Assembly: GCF_006345805.1 (NCBI RefSeq)
Contig: NC_042998.1
Location: 173,476,001-173,540,000 of the forward strand
Source of the DNA: Octopus sinensis
Lineage: Eukaryota
DNA length: 64,000 bases
Reading direction: 5' to 3'
The notes under the pieces were generated by a model. The model did no database searches and was not told where the DNA came from. It saw only the letters and a list, made by a program, of their open reading frames with translations. Position numbers and translations under genes: made by a program. This document shows, in pieces, positions 27,727 through 39,336 of the stretch (its first letter is position 1; the number at the start of each line of letters is the position of its first letter).

Positions 27727-30700
27727 TTTCAACAATTGAGGGCAAAATTAATTAATTATTAATCAATTTCACCAAGTGTTCAGTATGCAAAGGGACCATT
27801 CAAGGCGAATTCAAATTATTACATTATATAAAAGGGCTTAGTAAAATAAATTACTTTGCCGCATACTGAACTCATTAGAAATAGCAGCTAAAAACTTTTT
27901 TAAAGCTATTTCTAATACTTAAAGAAAATCTCTCTCATATATAGTGTTTGCTTAATTCACTCACAAAGTTTTGGGGGTAAGGACATCGAAAAATCAAATG
28001 CTAAGGTTATTTGAGAACGTACGTTTCAAGATTAGTCAAAACAACACTTCTATCATCAGCTCAGAAATTCCTTGGTTTGGATTTGGAAACACTGAAAATA
28101 AGAACATACCCTTTCGAAGATCTGCTCGTAACTAACAGTGCCAACAAATTCAAATAAGCAAGCGAAGAATCTCTGTTCTCCCCTTTCCACCAGCGTGGGT
28201 TAAAATCATCAAACACTATGCTTATTTCGGTAAAATCCGAAGCATTAATCAGAGGGAGATTAATTATAATTTCAACAACTGAGGGCAAAATTAATTAATT
28301 ATTAATCAATTTCACCAAGTGTTCAGTATGCAAAGGGACCATTCAAGGCGAATTCAAATTATTACATTATATAAAAGGGGGCTTAGTAAAATAAATTACT
28401 TTGCCGCATACTGAACTCATTAGAAATAGCAGCTAAAAAACTTTTTTAAAGCTATTTCTAATACTTAAAGAAAATCTCTCTCATATATAGTGTTTGCTTA
28501 ATTCAACTCACAAAAGTTTGGGGGTAAGGACATCGAAAAATCAAATGCTAAGGTTATTTGAGAACGTACGTTTCAAGATTAGTCAAAACAACACTTCTAT
28601 CATCAGCTCAGAAATTCCTTAGTTTGGATTTGGAAACACTGAAAATAAGAACATACCCTTTCGAAGATCTGCTCGTAACTAACAGTGCCAACAAATTCAA
28701 ATAAGCAAGCGAAGAATTTCTGTTCTCCCCTTCCACCAGCGTGGGTTAAAATCATCAAACACTATGCTTATTTCGGTAAAATCCGAAGCATTAATCAGAG
28801 GGAGATTAATTATAATTTCAACAATTGAGGGCAAAATTAATTAATTATTAATCAATTTCACCAAGTGTTCAGTATGCAAAGGGACCATTCAAGGCGAATT
28901 CAAATTATTACATTATATAAAAGGGCTAGTAAATAAATTACTTTGCCGCATACTGAACTCATTAGAAATAGCAGCTAAAAAACTTTTTTAAAGCTATTTC
29001 TAATACTTAAAGAAAATCTCTCTCATATATAGTGTTTGCTTAATCACTCACAAAAGTTTGGGGGTAAGGACATCGAAAAATCAAATGCTAAGGTTATTTG
29101 AGAACGTACGTTTCAAGATTAGTCAAACAAAACACACTTCTATCATCAGCTCAGAAATTCCTTGGTTTGGATTTGGAAACACTGAAAATAAGAACATACC
29201 CTTTCGAAGATCTGCTCGTAACTAACAGTGCCAACAAATTCAAATAAGCAAGCGAAGAATCTCTGTTCTCCCCTTTCCACCAGCGTGGGTTAAAATCATC
29301 AAACACTATGCTTATTTCGGTAAAATCCGAAGCATTAACAGAGGGAGAATTAATTATAATTTCAACACTGAGGGCAAAATTAATTAATTATTAATCAATT
29401 TCACCAAGTGTTCAGTATGCAAAGGGACCATTCAAGGCGAATTCAAATTATACATTATATAAAAGGGCTTAGTAAAATAAATTACTTTGCCGCATACTGA
29501 ACTCATTAGAAATAGCAGCTAAAAAACTTTTTAAAGCTATTTCTAATACTTAAAGAAAATCTCTCTCATATATAGTGTTTGCTTAATTCAACTCACAAAA
29601 GTTTGGGGGTAAGGACATCGAAAAATCAAATGCTAAGGTTATTTGAGAACGTACGTTTCAAGATTAGTCAAAACAACACTTCTATCATCAGCTCAGAAAT
29701 TCCTTAGTTTGGATTTGGAAACACTGAAAATAAGAACATACCCTTTCGAAGATCTGCTCGTAACTAACAGTGCCAACAAATTCAAATAAGCAAGCGAAGA
29801 ATTTCTGTTCTCCCCTTCCACCAGCGTGGGTTAAAATCATCAAACACTATGCTTATTTCGGTAAAATCCGAAGCATTAATCAGAGGAGATTAATTATAAT
29901 TTCATTTCAACAATTGAGGGCAAAATTAATTAATTATTAATCAATTTCACCAAGTGTTCAGTATGCAAGGGACCATTCAAGGCGAATTCAAATTATTACA
30001 TTATATAAAAGGGCTTAGTAAAATAAATTACTTTGCCGCATACTGAACTCATTAGAAATAGCAGCTAAAAAACTTTTTTAAAGCTATTTCTAATACTTAA
30101 AGAAAATCTCTCTCATATATAGTGTTTGCCTTTGCTTAATTCAACTCACAAAAGTTTGGGGTTAAGACATCGAAAAATCAAATGCTAAGGTTATTTGAGA
30201 ACGTACGTTTCAAGATTAGTCAAAACAACACTTCTATCATCAGCTCAGAAATTCCTTGGCTTGGATTTGGAAACACTGAAAATAAGAACATACGCTTTCG
30301 AAGATCTGCTCGTAACTAACAGTGCCAACAAATTCAAATAAGCAAGCGAAGAATCTCTGTTCTCCCCTTTCCACCAGCGTGGGTTAAAATCATCAAACAC
30401 TATGCTTATTTCGGTAAAATCCGAAGCATTAATCAGAGGGAGATTAATTATAATTTCAACAATTGAGGGCAAAATTAATTAATTATTAATCAATTTCACC
30501 CAAACTTTTGTGAGTTGAATTAAGCAAACACTATATATGAGAGAGATTTTCTTTAAGTATTAGAAATAGCTTTAAAAAAGTTTTTTAGCTGCTATTTCTA
30601 ATGAGTTCAGTATGCGGCAAAGTAATTTATTTTACTAAGCCCTTTTATATAATGTAATAATTTGAATTCGCCTTGAATGGTCCCTTTGCATACTGAACAC

Positions 30701-31736
30701 TTGGTGAAATTGATTAATAATTAATTAATTTTGCCCTCAATTGTTGAAATTATAATTAATCTCCCTCTGATTAATGCTTCGGATTTTACCGAAATAAGCA
30801 TAGTGTTTGATGATTTTAACCCACGCTGGTGGAAAGGGGAGAACAGAGATTCTTCGCTTGCTTATTTGAATTTGTTGGCACTGTTAGTTACGAGCAGATC
30901 TTCGAAAGGGTATGTTCTTATTTTCAGTGTTTCCAAATCCAAACCAAGGAATTTCTGAGCTGATGATAGAAGTGTTGTTTTGACTAATCTTGAAACGTAC
31001 GTTCTCAAATAACCTTAGCACTTGATTTTTCGATGTCCTTACCCCCAAACTTTTGAGAGTGAATTAAGCAAACACTATATATGAGAGAGATTTTCTTTAA
31101 GTATTAGAAATAGCTTTAAAAAAGTTTTTTAGCTGCTATTTCTAATGAGTTCAGTATGCGGCAAAGTAATTTATTTTACTAAGCCCTTTTATATAATGTA
31201 ATAATTGAATTCGCCTTGAATGGTCCCTTTGCATACTGAACACTTGGTGAAATTGATTAATAATTAATTAATTTTGCCCTCAATTGTTGAAATTATAATT
31301 AATCTCCCTCTGATTAATGCTTCGGATTTTACCGAAATAAGCATAGTGTTTGATGATTTTAACCCACGCTGGTGGAAAGGGGAGAACAGAGATTCTTCGC
31401 TTGCTTATTTGAATTTGTTGGCACTGTTAGTTACGAGCAGATCTTCGAAAGGGTATGTTCTTATTTTCAGTGTTTCCAAATCCAAACCAAGGAATTTCTG
31501 AGCTGATGATAGAAGTGTTGTTTTGACTAATCTTGAAACGTACGTTCTCAAATAACCTTAGCATTTGATTTTTCGATGTCCTTACCCCCAAACTTTTGTG
31601 AGTTGAATTAAGCAAACACTATATATGAGAGAGATTTTCTTTAAGTATTAGAAATAGCTTTAAAAAAGTTTTTTAGCTGCTATTTCTAATGAGTTCAGTA
31701 TGCGGCAAAGTAATTTATTTTACTAAGCCCTTTTAT
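27727..31736. repeat. About 543-bp tandem array: 5.1 units, then inversion at 30500/30501, then 2.3 inverted units; one hammerhead motif per complete unit
   Basis: Period of 543 measured between the inverted copies (30731 to 31274). (TA)n on both flanks. Confidence 0.95.
30956..31007 (+). ncRNA. Type I hammerhead motif of the 543-bp unit (also 31499-31550 on +; 28012-28063, 28559-28610, 29099-29153, 29644-29695 and 30196-30247 on -)
   Basis: UGAG-CUGAUGA-U-AGA-AGU-[9 nt loop]-ACU-AA-UCU-U-GAAA-C-GUAC-G-UU^-CUCA. Helix III is the palindrome ACGUACGU. There is a U.U pair at the base of helix II. Confidence 0.65.
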
Positions 31737-31749
31737 TAATATATATATA

Positions 31750-31799
<50 letters not shown>

Positions 31800-34098
31800 C
31801 TAGCTAAGATACTCGGGAGCGTGGATATTCCCACTAGCCATTACAATACCTAATTTCTCTCAGACGAAAAATGAAATCAAACATAGGACAGATAATATGA
31901 ATCGTAAGCAAATTCGTTCACAAAAGAATATTGCAAATGAATACGTGTGGAATCGGAATTTAACAATCGTTTGGTCAGATGGGTGTAGATGGGTGGAAAG
32001 CTACAAGTATATAATGAATGGAGACATCAAGAAGGGAATTGTAAAGGGGTGCTATGTAAAAGAAAACATAAAAGTGTTATGGTTTAGAAGAAAAGAAGGA
32101 AGAATGATGAACAAGAGGAGGGATAAGGAGAACAGGTGAGTAAAACGGGTAATAACAATTATCATTAAAATATTGGATTCAGTGCTCAACTTGTACTTAT
32201 TTTATCGACCTCGAACGACGAAAGTCAAAGTCGACACCTGCCGCAGTTGGACTCAACGTAATGGCAGCCGAAATGCCGCTAAGTATTTTGTTCGACGTAA
32301 CAATAATTCTGCCCGCTTCCAATATTAGCAGCTATAATTACATTTCTTGTCAAGACACCTAGCTCCATATTGATATCGTATGGAAAATTGAGGATTTGTG
32401 ATTCTTTCACTTTTTACCTGTAATGATGATTGTGTTGCTGTCCATTTGTCGTATGAATTTTTGATGCAATCCATAAGTTATAGGTATTTCAGATGTAACG
32501 TTTTCTGGCATGATAGCATATGTGATGTACATGTAGTTGGGATGTTTTGTATACAGAATGAATGATGGCAGCTTACTTTGAACACATATGCAGTAGTAAT
32601 AATGTTTGTTTTTTAATTATATATTTCCAACGTGTTAAACGAAAATACATTACTTACATGTTATATTGGACATGCTACTAAATTAGGCATTACATTAGCT
32701 TGAGAGTTTTGCAGCATCACTTGATTTACTGTATGTAATTTTAGTAAATAATTATGAAAACACCTTGTAGCATATTCATTTACTTCTGGTTTCTAAGTTA
32801 GCAATATCGGATAATTTAAGCTACTTATTTTCTGTTGCATGCTTGATTGCTTAAGAATGACCTTCTAAATTGTTTAATGTTAAAAGATAAAAGTTTTATT
32901 AAACGAATTTTAGTCAAGGTTAGACTGCTTCCTAAACACTACGGTTTTTTTACTAAATCGGAAAATAAAAAAAACATTGCTTTTAGAAATATTTAATGAG
33001 ATTAGGTAACCCCAGTCACAACCATTTTACTCGTTGATTTTAGTATTGCTACATTTATAGTAATAGGTTACTACTTAGTGATTGATGTATAACAAAGATG
33101 TATATATTATGTTTAAAGTAAATGCAGTTGTAGGCAGATTAATTATTAAATCGGATCTATCTAAAATGTTATTCGGTATGGATTTTCAATGTTCTATTCT
33201 ACTTGAAGATTTTTACGTTGCTGCAAAGAAAGGAAGTTAACTAAATAATTACGATCAAATGTATTTTACTATGGGTATCGAGTAAATATCTAGAATACAT
33301 TATTATTTCATATGAATTTTATGCACTGTGAAAAACTAGAAACAAATAACATGGGACTATATCGAAAAAACAAACGTAGAAAAAAGAGTTGAGAGACTGC
33401 ATCCAGTTTTAAAATACTACACCAAAAATTGAGACCTAACAGATAATGAATCTAACCTTAAGCTATAAATGAAACAAAAAACGCAACAATAATAAAAATA
33501 TATTTTGGTATAAAACTCATAAAATAAAAATATATACTCGACACTTAATTTTATATGAGCCAAACAGGTGAAAGAAGCACCGAAATTTTAATGTCTGGGA
33601 AGCAACAAACGTTTAATCGATAAAATATATGTTCTACTAAAATGTCGATTATGCTTTTTTATGGAAAGTGTATTTAACAAAAATTGCTGGGCTTAAAAAT
33701 ATATTGGGTGGTGTGGAGACTACAGAACATTCTATCTAACTATCTACCTATCTCCATCCTCTCTCTCTCTCTCTCTTTCTCTGCATATATATATATGTAT
33801 GTATGTATATATGTAAATGAAAACCAAGAGGAGAGGGGAGATTTTGTCACACCCCAAAACATCTTTATTAAAAAGTTTTCTACAGCATATATAACTACTT
33901 GTATTTGTGAGGAAGGAACTTGTCGATTACATCGACCCCTGTGTTTAAGTGGTATTTAACAGTACACGAAAGGAAAACAGGCAAGTCGACCTCGGCGGAA
34001 GTTGAACTCAGAACGCCAGCGACGGGCGAAATACTGCTAAGCATTTCATATAGCGTGTTAACGATTCTGCCATAATGATAATAATAATAATAATAATG

Positions 34099-34205
<107 letters not shown>

Positions 34206-34214
34206 AAGAAGAAG

Positions 34215-34235
<21 letters not shown>

Positions 34236-34246
<11 letters not shown>

Positions 34247-34610
34247 GAAATACAAAAGATGTGGAATCTTAAAACAAAAACTGTTCCTGTTATTGTAGGT
34301 GCCCTAGGTATGATAAAAAAGGGATGTCAGAAGCAACTAGACAATATCCCTGGAAAACCATGTCTCAAGGAAATCCAAAAGATTGTGCTAACAAGTACTG
34401 CCCACATCCTTAGAAAAACCCTATCAATGTAAATGTTTGTGTTTGTATTACATGGAGATATTTCTCTACTTCCCCTTCCCAAGTTTTCAGCTATATTTCA
34501 ACAACTCACTTGCCCTATATTTCAACAACTTCACTTGCCCTAGGGCGCTGGGTGTGCCCCTGCAAGTGATTGCATCAAACATGCAGATTAAAAGTAAATG
34601 ACAATAACAA
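34236..34610 (+). mobile_element. R4/Dong-like 3' end between (AAT)(AAG)n and (TAA)n tracts
   Basis: IQKMWNLKTKTVPVIVGALGMIKK...IVLTSTAHILRKTLSM* followed by a 3' UTR. Confidence 0.85.
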
Positions 34611-34650
34611 CAACGATAATAATAAAATAATAATAATAATAATAATAATA

Positions 34651-35243
34651 TGCAGTACCAGGCATTCCCTGATGCAGTACCAGGCATGCCCTGATGCAGT
34701 ACCAGGCAGTGGCTCTCATGGCTTCTGATCTTAACTGATTGCAAGTGTTATCATGTACATTGTTTTGTCTTGGTATAAAAGATGGGCTACAGCAAATATT
34801 CTGCTCAATACCACAGATTTGCTTGTCAGTTGTTTGACCTTAACCAGTTGAGCATGTCCCTTAGTGGCTGACGATATGTGCATCTCTGATCACGAGCAGA
34901 AGTAGTGGGGGAGCATCATAGCCATGTGTTGAGAGGGTTTCTTTGGGGTTTGAATAATTCACCTCTGGAAACATGGGTGGTTCTTTCAACATCTTTAAAC
35001 AACCCTTATCCAGGGACCTTTGGAGCGGGATAGGCTACTCAACCTGAAGAAATTTCTAACTGGGCTCCACCTGCAAGGTCATGTGCTGTTTATCTTGATA
35101 TGAGATCACCATGTCGTGCACATATGGTTGCGATGCATGTGCCTGGTGTACCCTTATCAGACGGGTAGTCATGATGGGTATACTGGGCTTCGTATATTTT
35201 ACCCCAGTGTCACTTTGATGGCATGCACTGCTCTCTCACTCAA
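34651..35243 (+). mobile_element. (TAA)n-tailed non-coding element, copy 1 (5' 21-mer reiterated three times)
   Basis: Starts with repeated cctgatgcagtaccaggca and ends ctctctcactcaat(aat)n. Confidence 0.8.
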
Positions 35244-35306
35244 TATAATAATAATAATAATAATAATAATATAATAATATAATAATAATAATAATAATAA
35301 TAATAA

Positions 35307-35863
35307 ATGCCCTGATGCAGTACCAGGCAGTGGCTCTCATGGCTTCTGATCTAACTGATTGGAAGTGTTATCATGTACATTGTTTTGTCTTGGTATAAAA
35401 GATGAGCTACAGCAAATATTCTGCTCAATACACACAGATTTGCTTGTCAGTTGTTTGACCTTAACCAGTTGAGCATGTCCCTTAGTGGCTGACGATATGT
35501 GCATCTCTGATCACGAGCAGAAGTAGTGGGGGAGCATCATAGCCATGTGTTGAGAAGGATTCTTTGGGGTTTGAATAATTCACCTCTGGAAACATGGGTG
35601 TTTCGTTCAACGTCCTTAAACAACCCTTATTCAGGGACCTTTTGAGCGGGATGGGTTACTCGATCTGAAGAAAATTCTAACTGGGCTCCACCTGCAAGGT
35701 CATGTGCTGTTTATCTTGATATGAGATCACCATGTCGCGCACATATGGTTGTGATGCATGTGCCTGGTGTACCCTTATCAGACGGGTAGTCATGATGCGT
35801 ATACTGGGCTTCGTATATTTTACCCCAGTGTCACTTTGATGGCATGCTCTGCTCGCTCACTCA
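35307..35863 (+). mobile_element. (TAA)n-tailed non-coding element, copy 2
   Basis: Tandem, independently diverged copy of 34651-35243. Confidence 0.8.
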
Positions 35864-35884
35864 ATAATAATAATAATAATAATA

Positions 35885-37195
35885 AAGGCTACATATACAA
35901 CGTATAGAAGGTGGTAGACGCCTTATACAGCTGGAAAACTATTATAAAATAGCCACCATAGGACTGCAAAAATACCTGCTTCAGAAGTAATGAAAACTAA
36001 TACAAATAGCCACAAAACACAAGCAAAGCAAAAACCTGTCTTCAGGAAGTTGACAAGTACAAACAAGAAGTCATACTTCCTAACAAATACAAAGAAGAAG
36101 AAAAAGAAGAAGAAGAAGAAGAAGAAGAAGAAGAAGAAGAAGAAAGAAGAAGAAAAGAAGAAGAAGAAAAAAAAAGAAGAAAGAAGAAGAAGAAGAAGAG
36201 AAGAAGAAGAAGAAGAAGAAGAAGAAGAAGAAAAGAAGAGGAAGAAAAAGAAGAAGAAGAAGAAGAAGAAGAAGAAGAAGAAGAAGAAGAAGAAGAATAT
36301 CTATAAAACAAATGAAATCCATGCTAAATCTAGAGCAGCAATGGAGCTTGATAAAGCGATGGCAAGAAAAGCCCCTGTATGCCAAATACTTGGCTAAAAT
36401 AAACGTAAAGGAAATGGACAGAGAAAAATCTCAGCAGTGGTTGGGAAGCTCAGGACTCAAAGCGAAAACTGAAATATTTATAATTGCAGCACAAGACCAA
36501 AGCCTCCCCACCAGAAACTACCAAAAACATATAATGAAAAGAAACATAAGTAACTGCAGAATATGTGGAGATGGACAAGAAACAATAAATCATATTATCT
36601 CTAGCTGCCCAGTCCTGGCTAACAAGAAATATATTCACATACACGATAGAGTTTGGACCTACATACACTTGAAGCTATGCCAACCCTATAAAATAACAAC
36701 AGAAAAAAGATGGTGTAAGCACACGCCAGAAATGGCCACAGAAAACGAGAAAGCAACCATGCTATGGGTTATGCTAATACACACAGATAGAGAAATTAAG
36801 GCCAATAGGCCAGATATAGTTGTCAGAGATTATAAAGGAAAAATGTTTTCTAATTGATGAATCAGTACCAGCAGATGACAACGTTTCTCTAAAAGCAATG
36901 GAGAAACTTTTCGAAAAACAAAGACCTGGAAATGGAGGTAACTCGAATGTGGAATCTAAAAACAGAAACAATAGTGGGTGCATTAGATATAATAAAAAAT
37001 ACATAAAAAGACAAATACATAAGAAAAAACACCAGAACTTACAAATATATATAACATCCAGAAGATTGCAGTATTGAGCACTGCACACATCCTACGCAAC
37101 CATAACAGGATCACAGCAAACCGCAGCACATATCCAAGGCACAGAGAGCTGCGCTCAGTATTGAAATGAAAGTACTTTACAAAAATAAAACTACT
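35885..37195 (+). mobile_element. R4/Dong-like 3' half with an internal (GAA)n expansion
   Basis: ORF 36312-36857 WLGSSGLKAKTE..IAAQDQSL..CRICGDGQETINHIISSCPVLA..HDRV..RPDIVVRD (CCHC plus REL). (TAA)n on both sides. Confidence 0.85.
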
Positions 37196-37230
37196 GAATA
37201 ATAATGATAATAATAATAATAATGATGATG

Positions 37231-37296
<66 letters not shown>

Positions 37297-37309
37297 GAAA
37301 GAATTTTCG

Positions 37310-37725
37310 TGATGTTTTCATTTGTTCAGGAGGTCGATATTCACCCTGAATGAGGTTGGTCTTCAAGCGACAAGGGGCCATTCTTAAACCGTGAAAACCA
37401 CTCGTAAACTTAAGTTTTGCTCATGGCAGCATCCTTGAAGCTTTTTAAAGCATGACACCTATTTCCTCCAGCGTTTTCCTCTGTAGAAAACAAAATTTCA
37501 CGGAAGCATGTTGGTTCTTCGTTTCTGCTATCGCAAAAATCGACGAACAGGGGAGAAGCACTGCAAAACAAAGACGCACTACGTGGCAGTACAACATCAA
37601 CTAACGTCGCTGGTCGGCAGACATGAATGAGCATCGCATCAAGTGGCTTCTACCGGCGGAAACCTGAACTATAACGGGCTTGTGCCACAGAGAACGTTTG
37701 CTATTACTTTGGGTACCCACTTTTA
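37310..37725 (-). mobile_element. 5' fragment of a mariner-type transposon
   Basis: SVKFCFL.RK..., FKDAAMSKT*VYEWFSRFKNG.LSLEDQPHSG (helix-turn-helix region). TIR-like gtacccaaagtaatagcaa at 37700-37720. Confidence 0.65.
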
Positions 37726-38330
37726 CATATTGAAATCCAGCATACATCTAACAAGACAGGACATAATGCCTTTTATCATAGGTTGCGTAATCAAAGTTGA
37801 CCGAGAAATCAAGAAATCAACTATGATAACAACTTAGAACAAATTTCTTGTTTTGACAGTGGCATACCCAGTTTTTCCCATAAAGTTATTTGTGCAGCTA
37901 CTGAGACTGAAACAACAATATGACAATATGTTTTAGAATTATTAAGCGTAAATCCTAAGTTTCTATAATTTATGAGACCTAACTGTCCTCTGTCGAAAAG
38001 AAATTTTCTGTAAGGCTCTGCTGCAGCCACTTTTGACAACAGAAATACCCTCATTGTTCAATACGATTTATTTAACATTTTAACACGATTTCCAGTAATT
38101 TGTGGAAATCTTTTCGTAATTATTTCTTCCCTCCATCTTATGACTCAAAATTGCTCTGAATAATTAAACTTCCAAATAGGAAGCCAAGCAAGATATGATT
38201 TCGTTTCCATTTGTACAAGTAGTACAGTTATTTGTAAATCATTATTTTTTAAATTTGCTATCCACATAAAACACAAGCGAATTGGATTGTATTTAAAACT
38301 GAAGTGAACATTTTTATTATGGATTATACG

Positions 38331-38735
38331 AGCGTAGTTGTGTGGTAAGAAGTTTGCTTCCGAACCGCATGGCTCCGAGTTTCACTGCATGACACCTTAG
38401 ACAAGGGTCTTGTATTGTTTCGTTGGGTCAACCAAAGATTTGTGAGTAGATTTAGTAGATGGAAATTGTAAGAAGCCCGTCAATTACATAGTAATACGTG
38501 TATATGTGCGTGGGAGTGTACTTTTGCGTTTGTGTTTGTTCACCATGATCATCACCGCATGACAGCCGACATAGATGTGTTTACGTCCACGTCACTTAAC
38601 AGTTCGGCCAAAGATCGAGAAAATAAGTACGTGGCTTTAAAAAAATTACTGGGCTTGATTCAATCAAATAAAAGTGTTTCAAGGCGGTGCTCCAGCGTTC
38701 CCGCAGTGAAATGTCTGAAACATGTAAAAGATATA
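38331..38735 (+). mobile_element. SINE family A, diverged
   Basis: gtgtggtaagaagtttgcttcc...gaagcccgtc...aaggcggtgctccagc. Confidence 0.75.
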
Positions 38736-39282
38736 AGATAAAAGATAATATTCATCAGGTTATATGACAACCTATAAATATTTGAGAATAGTCTAAGAAT
38801 GAGGAAAAGAAAACGTTCAGTCAGAACAGATTTCTGAATTAGAGTTGTTTGCTGAAAGAAATTGACTTTATAAATAAAGCGTTGAAATCCACAATGCAGT
38901 TCTTGTGGATTTCAAAATGTTCTGATTCTTGACTCCAATAAGGATTACCTCTGATTGTTAAATGTATTAAATTACAAAATTATCATTAAAAATGTAGACA
39001 TTTTTATTTTAAAATTTATGAAATTTACCGGATTGCAAAATGAATTAAGTGTTGTCTGGCAGATGTAGAAAAGATTATTGTAAACGTGAACGCAAGAAGC
39101 GGCGCCTTCAGGCTGGTTTGGATTTCAAGGTGTACCTATTACACTTCTTTCCATCACATACACTTTAACTCACATATCATAAAGACAGCACGCCCACTGC
39201 TTAATCTACATAAAACCTGTTTTGTATATTGTGTCGTTATGTATGGCAATTTATTAAACATAACTAATTTTTGTTCTTTCAG

Positions 39283-39336
39283 GTTTTTATTGCTACTGTA
39301 TCTCTTGGATGGTTCATGAGATATTATCTATACTAG
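39283..39336 (+). CDS. Candidate 3'-terminal exon (VFIATVSLGWFMRYYLY*) followed by about 1.1 kb of repeat-poor UTR-like DNA
   Basis: Strong acceptor ctaatttttgttctttcag|G. Hydrophobic tail-anchor-like peptide ending in TAG. Confidence 0.35.
   Translation, partial: VFIATVSLGWFMRYYLY

Noticed and set aside
30731-30958. Recurrent 75-aa ORF (MPSIVEIII...KPRNF) in the 543-bp unit, on the hammerhead strand; 543 is divisible by 3
   Set aside because: It starts at TTG, has no recognisable domain and is broken by indels in several units. The stop codon prevents endless circular translation, and the unit length varies 540-552 among copies.
27727-31736. Possible CRISPR-like or ordinary satellite interpretation
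   Set aside because: There is no repeat-spacer alternation and the context is eukaryotic. The units are full-length copies.
32490-32552. Possible terminal exon (D)VTFSGMIAYVMYM* followed by UTR-like DNA
   Set aside because: The acceptor lacks a pyrimidine tract and the evidence is too weak.
34867-34985. CTGACGA ... GAAACATGGGTG in the TAA-tailed element
   Set aside because: Helix II does not close and helix I is weak; probably a chance co-occurrence.
37821-38054. 77-aa ORF with a faint PIF1-like DRGQL motif
   Set aside because: The other helicase motifs are absent, so similarity is not supportable.
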